Source: Blepharisma stoltei ATCC 30299 (taxonomy: Eukaryota > Protista > Ciliophora). From it: a DNA stretch of 64,000 bases. The notes beneath the pieces were generated by a model, which was not told the DNA's origin, did no database searches, and saw only the letters and a program-made list of their open reading frames with translations. The stretch spans positions 372,001 to 436,000 of the forward strand of contig CBFDEM010000050.1 in assembly GCA_965603825.1 (NCBI GenBank), given 5' to 3'. The position numbers were made by a program, and so were the translations under genes. The stretch's first letter is position 1. Every line of letters begins with the position of its first letter. Shown here piece after piece: positions 39,301 to 52,700 of the stretch.

Positions 39301-39474
39301 TGATGAACCTGGGACCTTATAATTATTGAGGTCATCTAGGTTTAATAGAGCACCATGATTGAAAAACAGTTTTTGGTCGCCAAGAATGCTCAGATCTCCC
39401 TTCAACTCTTTTTCTAGAGCTTCAGAAGTTAAACCTGACACACGAGTTGCTATGCTAGTCGCTGCGTTACCCAT
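27319..39474 (-). CDS. Giant SPRY/CUB-like/UBA-like/HECT protein (HERC/HECTD4-like), 4051 aa, catalytic Cys replaced by Ala; copy B
   Basis: Seven track ORFs lie in one frame, joined only at TGA; ends TAA at 27319-27321. HECT N-lobe (RMFNFAYKPEGIQDDAGKYNE..ELQSPLLPLLIP..RDNWMINP..LGKFFGSAIR) and C-lobe (FWGAI..PIVDNAIFRLELPAYTSPEIMKEKIIFAI). Three SPRY-like and three ESxHxY CUB-like units. N-terminus MGNAAT is myristoylation-like. Confidence 0.9.
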
Positions 39475-40513
39475 TAATTATTTTTGATGACTGAAAATGG
39501 TCCAAATATCAATAGGTAATAAAATCTGCAAAAAATTATTAAAGTCTATTTAAGTAAAATCTTTAAATCTCCTTCCAGCTCTTTTTCTTGGGCTTAAGGA
39601 GATAGGACTGACGCACCTGCAACAAAGGTGGTAGCTACGCTATCTTAAATTATTATCCATAAGAGAAATATGGATAAGATGTATGCTATAATAAAATCTA
39701 TTTTGATTTCCATAAATTATAAAATTGACAAATTTGCTTTGGAAAGACTTAAAAAAGTATAAATAATTCAGAATAATATAATTATTTATATTGGATTTTT
39801 AAATGCTAGTTAATACTATATTTGCTATAAGAAATACGATAACATTGTCCATAGGCTATGCTTCGTAACTTATAAATGAATATGCTATGATTTAAGGCTT
39901 TACCTCTGTGATGATAATGCCTTTCCTAATAAAAGTAAAATTAACTAAATAAAGGATGACTTCCAAGATCTTGAATTGATGGGATTTGCATTTTCTTCCT
40001 AGCTGATGATAAAATCCTTTTCTAAGTCCGCTTAGATGCATAATAAAAAAATATTGATAATTGGGAAGAGGAGAATTAAATGTTTTAAAAATATATATAC
40101 CTAATAAAAATTAAAAATTTTAAAAAGAATTTTTCGAGGATTTTATTTGTTACTTATATGATTTTCTATGATAAGATTTTACGTTTTTATCATATTTTTA
40201 TTTAGCCACTCAAGCAAAAAAATTTTTAGCTAAAATTTTAGCATTTCTTTATTCGAAATTAACCCTCTGCTGCTCCTATGTTCTTTATGTCAAAGTTTTA
40301 CATACAATAAAATTGTTTGCTTGGAATTTGAGTTCGTAGATGGGAATTTTTGATGAATCAACTTAAACTTTAAGACTTTTATCTAAATTCTCAGAAAGAA
40401 TTTTATTAAGTTTTATAATTATTTCTAAATATTATAATAGATAGAGAAATTAGAAGCAACTTTTATTTGCGTGTTATAATAACCTAAAACCTTAATAGAA
40501 ATAAATTCTAAAA

Positions 40514-41745
40514 ATGAGCACTAGGTAAAGGATTTGTGATGGGAACAAAGGTTTCCAGCAATCAATAGACCCAGAACTCCAATTCAAGCAAGAGAGCATC
40601 AGATTTAGCTTCGCCGCAATAAGTGTTTCGAGTTCAGCAAGAAACGACGCTTCGCTACTTCCCAAACTTTCTCCTTTTGATTTTTCTCCGATTTTATTTC
40701 ATTCCGTCCTTATCTTCAAAAACTCCTTTCAAAAAGCAAATAATCCTTGAATTCTGCATTGAAGAAATAACACCAAATCAAGCATTATCAAAGAAGCCTT
40801 TTATATTACTCGGAAACTATTAGAATTGATTTCTGAAGACTCAGACCTCGACGTTTATGTGGAATTAAACTACATCCCAGTGTTTATACATTGTTTAAGT
40901 CAAGAATGTCCTAAAGAAATTCAGTTTGAATCTTCCTTTGCTTTGTGTTGATTTTACACTTTTGATCATAAATATGCGGAAATGCTGAGAAGAATGGAGC
41001 AATTAGAGAATTCCAACTTGCAATCAGTAGAGACTATGATGAAGCCGCTAAAAATTGTATATAATATTTAGGAAATATCGCTGGGAATAATGAAAATATA
41101 GAGAGATTATTATTTCTGAGGGAACATTTGAATTTTTGATGGATGTGCTACAAAATATAAGTGTAAAGATTAACAACAACCCACAAGTGAATGGCTTGAT
41201 ATGGATGCTTTAGCAATGTTTCTTGAAGTGCAAATAAAATCCTTGGTTCAGAAAAGAAGTGTAGTGGACTCTAAGCAACTTTTAGTTGGACCTTCTGCAC
41301 ATGTAGAAAGAGTCGCTCGTCATTTAGTGATCCAGCTATCAATGAAAGTCTTAAAGATGAAGATCATGGTTCTAGAGTAGAATCTGGCTGGGTTTTCAGT
41401 AATCTAGATATTAGAGGAGTTCAGAATGCACTATTAGTCTCAAAAAAGAATGGGTATCTAAATTATTTACAAAAAGATCTCGATAAAGAGACCGACCTAA
41501 GCACTTTGAAAAATTTATTAGTAATTACAAAAAGAATTTTAGAGACAGCATCTATTAAGCCGCAAGAAGAAAAAAATGAACTCAATATTTATCTCAAGCT
41601 ATTTGAAAACTAAGAATGCTTAGCAGCTTTGCACAACAGCTAGACCACGGCAATAGCTTTGCGAATGAGTTTCTTTTAAATCTATTAAAGAATTTTTTGG
41701 TTATGAATAGATGGAGGAAGAACTTGATATTGAAAATTCATAATT
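40514..41745 (+). pseudogene. Importin alpha pseudogene (copy B)
   Basis: ATG AGC ACT AGG TAA premature stop, multiple frameshifts and an internal deletion of ~300 bp near 41250, relative to 8311-9894. Confidence 0.92.
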
Positions 41746-41774
41746 TAATTAATTTTATGGTAAATGAATTTATT

Positions 41775-42120
41775 TCTAAGCTTATACTCTTGCTGAAGGC
41801 TTTTTTTTAAAATCAAATCAGAATATCTTATTGCCAATAGAAAAGCAGGCACTACTTTTGTCAAATTTATAAATATACATTCAAGATTTTGGACATTTGA
41901 AACTCAGAGAATTTTAACTCGAAAATATTGCCTGGTGAAATTCATAAATAATGCCTTCTTCTATAATGTACATATGTTTTTTTTTGCATATATTTTTCTT
42001 TCTTCCTTGAAATAGTTTTAGATAACTCCTGCAGTAGCTATTACAATTAATCATATATATAAAGCAGGAATGGCTAGATCTAGAAATAAAATTTTATCTT
42101 TAATTATCTTATGACAATAA
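41775..42120 (-). pseudogene. Kelch-family gene remnant (copy B)
   Basis: Aligns by eye to 9925-10030 and to 10360-10700; no open frame. Confidence 0.65.
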
Positions 42121-42389
42121 AGTGAGCCTTCATACAGACTTCTAAGTCCCAAAGATATTAATAAAAACTCAAAATTTAACGCTAAAAAAATTCATTATAG
42201 ACTTATAAGGGTCTATTTTTATATGAAAAAATACATAAGAGAAATAAGGGCGGAAAAAACGCTCCGCTGCTTATTCTTGTAGAAATATCAATAGCTTATA
42301 TAAAGATAAATAGAGGAGTTTAACTTTTGCCTGGCCAAATAATTTGAAAGAAAAATTATATTCATATATAATTATTAGTATCATCTCTC

Positions 42390-43153
42390 AGCATTAATTT
42401 CACAAATATTACTAACAATTACTCTTGCTACTTCGAAAAGTTTCTACGCGATTTCCCTTATTTTTTAACAATTTATTTTTATATAATCAACTAAATTGTA
42501 TAACCTGAAACCGGAACTCCTCTTCTCATTAGATATACATAATCAGCAATTTCTTTGCTCGCAATAGGCAACAGAATTAAAGGAGTTATGCAGTTATTAA
42601 CGGAGCCTTCATTTTCGAGAAAACATTATACATTAGAACTTTCCAATAAATCTGACTGAATATAAAATTGGCATTGGTATTTACATGAGATTTATTGTTT
42701 TTCCAATTATTTTTTCAAACGCTTCATAGTTTCCATAATAAATTGAGCATCTAAACAAGGACAAAGAAATCAAAGATTTTTCAAATGAGTTTTTACTGTT
42801 AAAAGATCTAAATGATCTAGCAGTATGGCAATGATGCAATATTTTACAAGTTGAGCAATAATATTTATTCTTCAGTGCTTTTAATTTTTAGTGCTTGACT
42901 TAATATCATAAAAACCTTTTTCTGCCAAAAAATGGACTGGTGTTTTCCCAATAAGATCTTGCAGAGTGATCAGTAGGGAACCGAATTTAAGAAATAGTAG
43001 AGGCACTAAGAAAGCTCTATTAGCAATAGCAAGACGACGAAACAAATTGAGAAGGAAATTGTATTGAAATTGGATATTACCAGCATTAATCAGATAAAAC
43101 TGAACTTCTTCATTACTTACACCTGAGTATAATAGATCTAAATCTTTTTCAAT
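42390..43153 (-). pseudogene. Ankyrin-repeat gene remnant (copy B)
   Basis: 42390-42905 matches 21790-22340, then jumps to 23660-23915. The ATG is mutated and most of the gene is deleted. Confidence 0.85.
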
Positions 43154-43302
43154 TCATCTATCTATTAAAATCTACTAAAAAATCATCAATTATATTGCAT
43201 ATCACCACAAAATATAAATCTATGATTTTTTATAATGTAAATTGAATATACGCATTTTTAACATTAAGTCACCATTTACTTCACCAGAACTATACATAAT
43301 TT

Positions 43303-44754
43303 ATGGGTCACGAGGATTTACTTCCGAAATCTTTTAACTCCAAAATCGTCTGAAAGCTCACGCTCAACGCTACCATCGGTTCCTTCCTTTTCGGCTACAA
43401 TATCGGTGTTTTTAACTCAAATCAAGAAAATATCGCCGCAACATTAGGCTGAGGGGACAACAAAGACCTTTACATTTCCACCATGGCGGCCACTCTTCCA
43501 CTAGGTGGCTTAGTAGGCTCTTTATATGCAGGGTCTTTAGCAAATAAAGTAGGCTGCCGTAAAGCCCTGATGATTACTGACTTCATAAACATCTGTGGAA
43601 GCCTTTTTTTTCTAATCCCATACACAGCTACATTTGGTATTGGAAGACTTGTGACAGGATACTCTTCTGGATCTTTTAGCACTTTATGTCCTTTGTATAT
43701 AGGAGAAATTTCTCCTCCAGAGGTAATGGGAACTATGGGGAGTTTGACAGCTCTGATTATAGCTTTAGGTGTCTTGGTAGCATTTATCTTGGCACTTCCC
43801 CTTCCTACTGGAGACTATAACTCAGACGTCTTCAATTACTGGTGGATGTTTATGTTCGTTTTTCAAGCCTTTTTTGCATTAACTCAGCTATTTATATTAT
43901 GGAAGGTGTATAGGCTGGATACGCCTATACGGTATTTACATAAAGATATAGAAGAAAAAGCCTTAGAAAGTCTGCAGCAGGTTTATACAGAAGAAGAGGC
44001 TAATAAAACATTAGAAAAATTGAAATTCAGCAGAAATGATAGAAGCACATTAAGCGAAATGGATAGTGTAGAGACAGCAGGAAAAGACCAGAACTTAAAA
44101 AATGATGAAGATTTTACGTATTCTGAACTGATTTGTTGTGTAAAGCCGATAAGAAAGAAAATCAGGCTTGGGATTGCTATAAGCTTTTTACAAGTTGCTG
44201 GAGGAGTAGATGCGCTTTTTACGTATACAGCCAAAATTTTTAGGGAGCTTGGAGGAGGGGTATTTGAGTCTAGAATTTATACAGCGGTATTTGGATTAGC
44301 CAATCTTGCGTCTGTTGTAGTTGTGATTTATATTGTAGAAAAACTTAAAAGAAGAACTCTTTTAATTTTCGGCAATGCAGGAATGGGTATTGCTATGGCC
44401 TTTCTAGGCATTTTTGCCTCAATTCTTTCAGATGCAGGACCAATCCCTCCTTTATTTTTTATGTTTTTATATGTATTTGCATTCAGCAATGGCATCGGTA
44501 CAATTACTTATGTTTATTGTGGGGAGATTTTGACTTCTCGAGCTATGAGCATTTGCATGGCGATTAATTGATTCATGATAGCTTTTGTTATCTTTACTTT
44601 TCCTCATATGGTCGCATTAATGACTATAGGGGTTTCTTTTTGGGTGTTTGGAGTTGTTTGTGGTATTGGGATTCTATATTTCCTTATAGAGTTTGTAGAG
44701 ACAAAAGGGCTGGATGCGGAGCAGATAAAGGCGGCGTTTGATAAATACAAATAA
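43303..44754 (+). CDS. MFS sugar porter (GLUT-like hexose transporter), 483 aa
   Basis: GSFLFGYNIGVFN, GCRKAL, IGRLVTG..PLYIGEISP, VEKLKRRTLL, GEI..RA..AIN-W(TGA), VETKG. Three in-frame TGAs; ends TAA. Confidence 0.92.
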
Positions 44755-45064
44755 ATATTATTTTATTTCCTTAATAATTTTATTCTTTCTTTCATTGTTC
44801 AACTTCATTTTGAGTATTAAATATTTTTCATATATTAATTCTAAAAATCTTTGTTTACTAGGAGTTAGATCTTCAAATGAATAATTATAGGAGTTCTAAT
44901 ATAATTTATGAGCCATTTTAAATACTTTTTCATTTTCAAATTAAAAATCGCCTATTTCTATAAATCCATAATACCTAACATCTGCATCTATTGAACTTCA
45001 GAAGGAGTTCGTATCTATTCTTTAATTTATAGAGACACAATTAATTACGACTGAATAAGTTTTA

Positions 45065-46321
45065 TTATTGAGGTGGGTCTTGAGGTGGCTGATCTTGAGG
45101 TGGCTGATCTTGAGGTGGTTGATCTTGAGGTGGTTGATCTTGAAGAGGCTGGTCTTGTGGTGGCTGGTTTTGAGCAGGCTGATTTTGAGCTGGCTGATTT
45201 TGAGGCTGTGGTGCCACATGTTGTGCAGGCTGAGGAATCTGCTGGAAAGCTGGCATCTGCGGCATCGGCTGATAGTTATCAAACAACAGATTTGCTGCCA
45301 TGGTTTCATTCTTATCACAGCTCAAATATGCTTCTAAAGCATCTCTAGGATGATACCCCAACTCAGACAAGTTTTTCACTTGCTGCTCTTCTTCAGGTGT
45401 CAGCTGAATTTGATGTCTTGGGGCATGTGGTTGTCTTCCAGGCTGTGGCTGATGGCCTGGAACTTGAGGAGCATGGCTCTGTGACCCTGTGCTGGCTCCT
45501 TGAGGAGGTCTTGGAAGTCCTGCAATCAAGCTTGGGTCTATATGTGGTCTTGCAGACTCAGGCAGTGGGTCTTGGATAAGTCTCATAAAGTCTTCTTGAT
45601 GAGCCATGATCATTTGGAAAAGCTGAGGGTTTCCTTGCTGTAGTTGCCCTAGTAAAGGCCCTAACATCTGAGGGTTTTGCTGAAGTAAAGACCTTAATTG
45701 GAGGAACATAGGGTTCTGTAAGAGGAAACTTAAGGCATTTTCACCAGTCTGCTGAGGAGAAGCACCTGGTCTTGCTTGTTCTGCGGGCTGTTCTTGCTGC
45801 TCTGGGATTCCGTTCATTAAATAGTCGATAGCACGGTCTGGGTTGTTATAAGCTGCTCGCATGGCGACTATTACTTGTTCTCGAGGAAAACCCATGTCGA
45901 CGATACCTTTGATGGTCCCTTCAAGCTCTTCACCAGAGACCAAAGCACCAGCGCTTTGGGAAAAGAAGGAAGCTGGCTGACTAGGTTGGCTGGGTTGACT
46001 GGGCTGACTTGGAGGCTGAATTGGCTCTGCAGGTGGCTGCTGGGCTCTTTGAGGAGGAATGACAGGCTGGGCAGGCTCAGGAGCCTTCGCTTGAGGTTTT
46101 GGCTTAGTAATCATGATCACTAGGGTTGCGCCTTCTACAATATTATATTCTGATAGTTGCTTAGCATCCTCAAGAATTTTTCCAGCCAAGATCAATTTCT
46201 GGAGTTCAGGATCGTGACCTTGGAGTGCCTGAATTTTCTGCTTGAGAGATAGCACTGTTTCACTTTGGTCGGCTTCAACCTCTAGCTTATCCCCGCGAAG
46301 GTTCTTGATGTAGACTTTCAT
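45065..46321 (-). CDS. RAD23: UV excision repair / ubiquitin shuttle protein Rad23, 418 aa, with a Q/P-rich C-terminal extension
   Basis: UBL (MKVYIKNL..QKLILAGKILED), UBA1 (MGFPREQVIVAMRAAYNNPDRAIDYL), XPC-binding (FLQLRSLLQQNPQMLGPLLGQL) and UBA2 (LSELGY..ALEAYLSCDKNETMAANLL). Start set at ATG 46321. Confidence 0.95.
   Translation of the reverse strand: MKVYIKNLRGDKLEVEADQSETVLSLKQKIQALQGHDPELQKLILAGKILEDAKQLSEYNIVEGATLVIMITKPKPQAKAPEPAQPVIPPQRAQQPPAEPIQPPSQPSQPSQPSQPASFFSQSAGALVSGEELEGTIKGIVDMGFPREQVIVAMRAAYNNPDRAIDYLMNGIPEQQEQPAEQARPGASPQQTGENALSFLLQNPMFLQLRSLLQQNPQMLGPLLGQLQQGNPQLFQMIMAHQEDFMRLIQDPLPESARPHIDPSLIAGLPRPPQGASTGSQSHAPQVPGHQPQPGRQPHAPRHQIQLTPEEEQQVKNLSELGYHPRDALEAYLSCDKNETMAANLLFDNYQPMPQMPAFQQIPQPAQHVAPQPQNQPAQNQPAQNQPPQDQPLQDQPPQDQPPQDQPPQDQPPQDPPQ
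45069..45205. repeat. 15-bp coding minisatellite (QDQPP/QNQPA), ~9 units
   Basis: Tandem tgaggtggctgatct-like units at the 3' end of RAD23. Confidence 0.85.
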
Positions 46322-46725
46322 TTTATTGATTCTATTAGGACAGATTGACATCATTTTTGATAAGAAGAAGGGAGGGAACACAAAGCAAATTTTACATGGA
46401 ATAGCTTTTAAACAACTTGTAAATAGCTTAAATAGCTTTGAAATTCTATTAATTAAAATTTTTGATTAAAATACACGTATTCAGAAATAGATAGTTACAT
46501 ATTAAAAATAGCATTTATAATAAAACTCTTAAAAACATAAAAATGCATTTTCATAATAAAATATATTAAATAATCCTAATTTATATAGAGGATTACATAA
46601 TTTTTTTCTTTGTTATGTTTCTATATAAATTTTGATTAAAAAATAATGTCATAATTAAAGAAAAGTGATTTTGCCTAGCTAAATACTAAAGAAATAGTAA
46701 AAATACCTATTAAATTTATAGATAC

Positions 46726-49700
46726 TTAAATGTGAGGTAACCAGCCAATCCAGGCACGTCCAAGTATATTAGGATCAGTTGCATGCTCTATCAATATATC
46801 TACTTGCTGATCAACCCCTAGCCCACTTTCCGCGCATGATCTTCTCAAACTATCTTCAGGCCCCATAATGACATCAACTAATTTCTTCGCATAATTCGTC
46901 TTCGCATGCTTCGTCGTCACAAATTCCTCATACATCACATGAGCCGAGTTATACCCAGACAATTTTTTCTTTACAATCTCCAGCTTTTTTCTCGGAAACC
47001 AAGCTGCTTCTTCTTCCTGGCTTAAAATTGTGCTTCCTGATGCTTGGATTTGGCTTGCATTCATTTCTTTGGTCTTTGCAGCCTTCACCCAGTCTAAAAG
47101 CGGCTCTTTTATAAACACTTCACAACAATCCAATATTAAATTTTTATGTTTTCTAAGGGACTTAAGGACATATATCATAGCATGTCTAAGTTCTCCTTGT
47201 AAGCCTTCAGGGCTTAAAACAGCTATAAGCTGCCTTGTTAATCTAAATGGAACAAGCTCAGGAATCCCTAAAGAGACCCCATTCCCAAATGCTATACCAA
47301 AATCAATAGCTAACAACCCTCCATCAGACCTATCAAGCAAAAAGTTTTCTAAATGTCGATCCCCGATCCCTAAAATATACCCACAAATACTAATTGCCGC
47401 TAAGGAATGTATGAACTGTTTTCTTACATATACAAAGCTCTCTGGGGTCGTGCTTAAGCCTAATAGCACTTGTCTTATTAAATCCCACGGCACCAAGCTT
47501 TCTTGGATTTTGAAATTTTTCACGATTTCATCTGAACTTGACCCAAGCAAAATCAAGTGCTTGTCCACAATTCCAGTGCCTTGTATATTAGAAGACAATG
47601 AGCTGATCCAAGACAGCCTATTTTTATTAGCATCTGAGGAGTCTAAATCATTGATCCTATAATGTCTCGCAAGTTCTTTATTTATCCATTTTTTCAGTGG
47701 GTCTGTATTAGGCACCCATTCTACGATCCCTAGCCTTTTATTCATAGGGACGACATTAAAGGTTTTCAAAGTAATTCCGAGCCTTGCACAGTCAGGGTCA
47801 TTTTTAAATATTTGGTTCATCAATGAAAAAAGCTGCTCGATCCTTTGGTCAAGCCTTAAATCTTCCCCTCCTTTTACTAAGGCTAAATATTCTTTTTCGT
47901 CTGACCCATGCATTCCTAGTCTTTTTGGCCTTCTGAGAGAATTTAGGATAAGCAAGTTTTGGTTAAATGAGACAATGCTGACTTCGCCTCCTTTATAAGG
48001 CTCATGAAGACCTGTATGCTGACCTGGGATATAAATAGGACGACCTTTGTGTTCTGTTATATCATAGTCTGCAAGCCATTCAGAAAAGGCGTTAAGTTTT
48101 TCATTGCCGTGGCTAAGCTGTCTTTGAGTTTCTAGAATTTTTTTGTGGGAAGCCCCAATAACCACGTTAAATTGGTCGAAATTCATCTGAGATATTTTGG
48201 TGCCTGATTTTCCGAAGTACTTTAAGAAGACATTTCTCCAGTCGTTGGCGAATTTTCGGTTGTAGGCACCAAGGGATCGGCCAAGTAAAGGATGATCTTC
48301 GTCAAAGACGGATTCAAACATCTGGCTGGACAAATATTCAATGTAAGCTCGGTTAGGGTCAGGGTCTTCGAGGGCTTCTTTTATGTTATCGTAGAAATAT
48401 TTATAACGGTGCTCAGGGTGGGAAAGACATTCTAAAGCAGCTATGAAGGCTTCTAAATGGTTATAATTTTGATATGCTGCTTCTAGTAACAAATAAGTCG
48501 CATTTTTCTTAACTGTCCTATTTTTCTCAAACTGACTTGCACAATCAGCAGAGGTAAAACACTTAAAAGGATAAAATACAGTCTGCGGATACTGCTGCAC
48601 CAACTTATGCACAGCCTCTGCAAGGGCACTTGATTCTTCCTTATCTAAAATTGCCAAAATCTGTGAAATCCACCTAATCAGCATCCACGCAGGTACCTGG
48701 GCTATCAAATTACTAAAAACTTCCATCAAATTCCTATACTTCAGCAGCTCCAAAAGCCTCGGAAACAAGTCATGAGCCCTAGAACTCCCAAGCGCCATTG
48801 CTTCAAGCACCGCAATCACTATATTTCTTGCCAACATTTCTGGCTGTATCCCCATCCTATTAAAGCAAACCCCCAAAATATTCCTTTTTTCATCATTTTC
48901 ATGCTCAAAATCACGCAATAACATGTCACAAAATTGGGCGAATTTCATTTTATTTTTTATGGTATTTTGTGATTGAGATAAGAAATCGTAGGCAGATTTT
49001 GCAGAAACTGGGAGGGTTGTAGCGATTTCTGGGGAACCTTTTTCGAGAAGAATACGGGTTTGGATACGGTAAAGCTGGCCTTTAAGGAAAGAAAAAGCGG
49101 CTTGTTGAGCTTGGTCGATTTGTTGGGCGTCAGCGGTGTTTATGAGTTTTTTGAATTCTTCAGAAATGAAAGGGACGTCCATTGCAAAGGCAGATTTTTC
49201 AAGCTGTTTGGCTTTGAGACGGAGAACTGGGGAGAATAGAGAAAGGTCGGTGACTCGCTTGTTTTCACGTTTTCTCATGCCTTCTCGGAGGTAGCGCTCT
49301 GCAATGTCAAACCAGCCAAGCCTTAAAGGACATTCAGCAGTATCTGCGTATAGAACTGATTTAAACTCTTTTAGCTCCTGATTTTCAATTTGCTGCTTAG
49401 TCTTAATTTTATCATAAAACAGCACTCTTGAGTACAAAACGTCATCCCACACACTTAATTCGTCATAATAAACAGACGGCTTCCTTTCTTTCCACCCCAT
49501 AAACGTCGCTTGTATCCTCTCCACATACTCATCAGCAGTTTCTTCTTTTTTCTCTGCAAAAATCTGCACAAACTCAAAACACTCATAGATTTTCTGGACT
49601 TTTTGTATCAATTTATGCTTCGCAGAGCTAGAAAGTGCATTTAAGCCTTGTCAGCTTTCTACAAACCTAGAGAATTCTTCATCAAGATAATACCTTGTCC

Positions 49701-52700
49701 TATCAGCGTCGTCTTGGGTGATACTAAGAACTGCCATTTCATAAGCATAAGCATTGTAGAGGGAAGCTGGAGGGGCGTTGTTCATTAAATCAGTGAGCTC
49801 TCCGAATTCGTCTAGTCTTAATAGAGACCTTATTTTTAGGGTTGATACGTCGTCTGGGACATTGTTTTTAAGCTCTTCCCATTTTCCTAATAGTGCTAAA
49901 GAGTCTAAGTACTCTTTTTTGACCTCTTCTAATAAATCGGCGTCAAGTCCTCCATCATGGGCTAAAATATTAGCAAAATCACGAGCTGCAGGGTTTATTT
50001 CGCCTCTGATTTTCAAGCCTAAAGTGTCTCTAAATAGTGCTGATAGCTGAGAGCCTTCTTGTTGGGTAATTTGTAGCCATATTCCTCTGACTGCGTCTAA
50101 ATCTCCCATAGACTCATAAACTTTTGTAAGGGCAATTCATAGTCTTCTATTCTGCTGAGAAATTTCGGGTTTTTCAGTCCCACTAATCGCTTGTATCACT
50201 TTTCTCCTTTTAGGCTGGACTGGCTCTTCATTCCTCAAAATGCATTCCTGTAGCAGCATTATAGCACTTTGGTAGCAGAACCCTTTAATTCCACTGTTAG
50301 AAATGCTTTGTGAGTTTAATTCCTGAACAAGTTCGCCGTTAACTGATACAATATCTCTTAAAGTCCTGTGGACGCAAGATATCACTGATGGCTCAAATTT
50401 TTCGCTGGATTCTAAGACCCTGCCAAGGCCTCTGACAATTCGGTGTTTTGAGTCATTACTGATTCCTTCATTACAAAGTCCTGCACATAGAGCAGTCCAT
50501 ACATGTCCAGCGACCTCAGAATCTAGCCTTGATAAGGTCACTAATGGTAAAATCAAATCTTTTGCTGTGATCTGTATATCAGGGAAATCGCCTGTCCTAT
50601 ATTTTCTCATTGTGTTTACTACCCTTGCTCGTTGTTCTTTACTGCGCTGTTCAATCCTTTCCATTTGTTTTTTCCTTATTGATACCCTAAGCTCTTCTTG
50701 ACTCGCTTGTGAGCCATCTATAAAGTGTCTGATTCTTCTTGGAATAGCCCTGGGGACTGCGAAATCTGTGCTTTGGCTTGACTGAGTCTGCAATTTTTGA
50801 GAAAATTTCCTTTCTTCTTCATATTGAAAATAACTAGGAGAAAATATCGGAGTCATAGGGAAAGAAGCTTGGCTTTCAGACCTGATATCAGCGTCTTCAA
50901 AATCAATATTCGCTAATGGCTGGTCAAACAGCACTTTATCATAATCTGTGCTTAGCTCGCTTAGCTTAAGGGCTAAATGAGAAGACGCCAACAGCCATAA
51001 CTCTTCATAGCTTGGGCTATAAAGATCCCACAAGCACTGTGTGACTCTAACTGATAAATCCAGGCCAAGCCTCTCTTGCTGGTTCCAAAATTCTACTATA
51101 TAGTCAGAAAGCTCTGGAGAAAGCTCCCCAAGTGCCCGAACCAAAATTTCTTTGGCTTTTAAACGAATTCTTCCAGCGTCTTCTAGGTTTGGAGCTTCAT
51201 CATATGCTTTTCTCATTAGCGTGTAAAGTCCTTTACGGATATCAAAATTAGGAGAAGCGGAATATGCGCTCAGCAAAGGGATAAACCCAGTCACAGCCTT
51301 TTTTACGCTTGGGTTGAAATGGAGGTCAATAAGGCAGGACAAAAGTTGAAGCAAGGCAAGTCTATGGGAATCTTCATTGTCGTTAGAAATTTTGGCACGA
51401 TCTCTATATAAATATTCAGCAAGGTCGGGGAGGTTCATAAAATCTGGAGAAGTTTTGATGTGTTCGGCGTATTTTAAGACACATTTTAACAGCTGAGCTC
51501 TGGAATTTCCTGATAAAGTCCCGAAAAACTCGCTAAGTTTTCGTGCTAGATTTTTTTGGTTTAGAATTTGTGGGTAGCCTATAGTAACTTTTTCTAAAAT
51601 CGCGACCATAAGTCCTATATCTTTGGTTTCTTTTTTAGCTAAGACGGCTAAAAGCTCATTTTCAAGCTCCCCTGCGTTTCCATTTGCCAGCTTTTTCCCA
51701 ATCACTTCAGAAGCAGCCAGAATGATTTGCTTCCTATTAAATTCCAGGCATTTGATTAAGCCTTCTACAATCATGAATTCTTTATTTTCAAGCCCATCTA
51801 AAACTCCTACTTTTTCACCTACAGCATATCCATATATCAAAATCCCTGCCATTTTCCATGCAATTACTCTTTTTTCCTCCTCAGGCTGAGGATCTTTATT
51901 CATTTGTTTTTTTATCATCCCGTCTATATATTTATGCTCCAAGGTCACCTGTGCTTTTCATTTTTTTATAAGGTTATATATGATATCTAAATTTGACTCT
52001 AAAACAGATTTGCTGGTATCTGCAGCTACACGGATTAAATAATTTACAAATTTGGTAGCTGATCTTTCTTTGCCGACTGGGATTAGTTTTTCCCATTCAT
52101 ATAGAAGAAGACAAGCGACATCTCTTAAGAAATAGTGAAAACCTGTGCCACCGTTGTTAGGGAGAGTCATTGTATTGCAGATAGGCTCAAACCACTGGTC
52201 ACCCCATTTCTCAAAAGTTTTAGGTCTGTTGAGGATGATTTTTATCAAGAAAAGTTTGACTGATAAAGAATTATTAGGGTTGCAGAGGTCGCCATGGAGG
52301 CATTGCATTCATTGAGGCATGTCGTTTCCTCAGGTTTCACTAAAGAGCATTTCCATCTTTTCAATGACTTCGAGGAGTGGCTTCATAATAGGCAATGAGT
52401 TGATTTCGTCGAGTTCTAAGTCGACTTCTGGCTCAATTTCAGGGATTTCGATAATTTTTTTCTTAGGTGGCTTTAAGTAACTGATATCTTGGGATTGCGA
52501 AAATAAAGAAGAAGTGATATATCCCGCCGCAATGCTAGTCGTTTCTTTTTTTTCTGGTGCTTTTTTATTAGATTTTTCTTGAATTTTTGTCCTAAAATCA
52601 GTCTGCGGCGTAAACCCATAGTTTTCTTTTTCCTCAACAACTGCGTTCCAAACTTGGTCTTTAAACAGAAAATTAAAGAAAATCTTTTCCTGGCTTTGTG

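Larger units (their letters stand above)
27230..44754. repeat. Segmental tandem duplication, copy B
   Basis: Colinear with copy A, but the importin, Kelch and ankyrin genes are reduced to remnants and the WD40 gene is absent. Confidence 0.9.

Noticed and set aside
45069-45205. CRISPR-like array
   Set aside because: Contiguous 15-bp coding repeat with no spacers and no cas genes.
52154-52161. Single TGTTAGGG heterotrich telomere-like word
   Set aside because: One copy inside the DNA-PKcs coding sequence; expected by chance, and no telomeric array is present.
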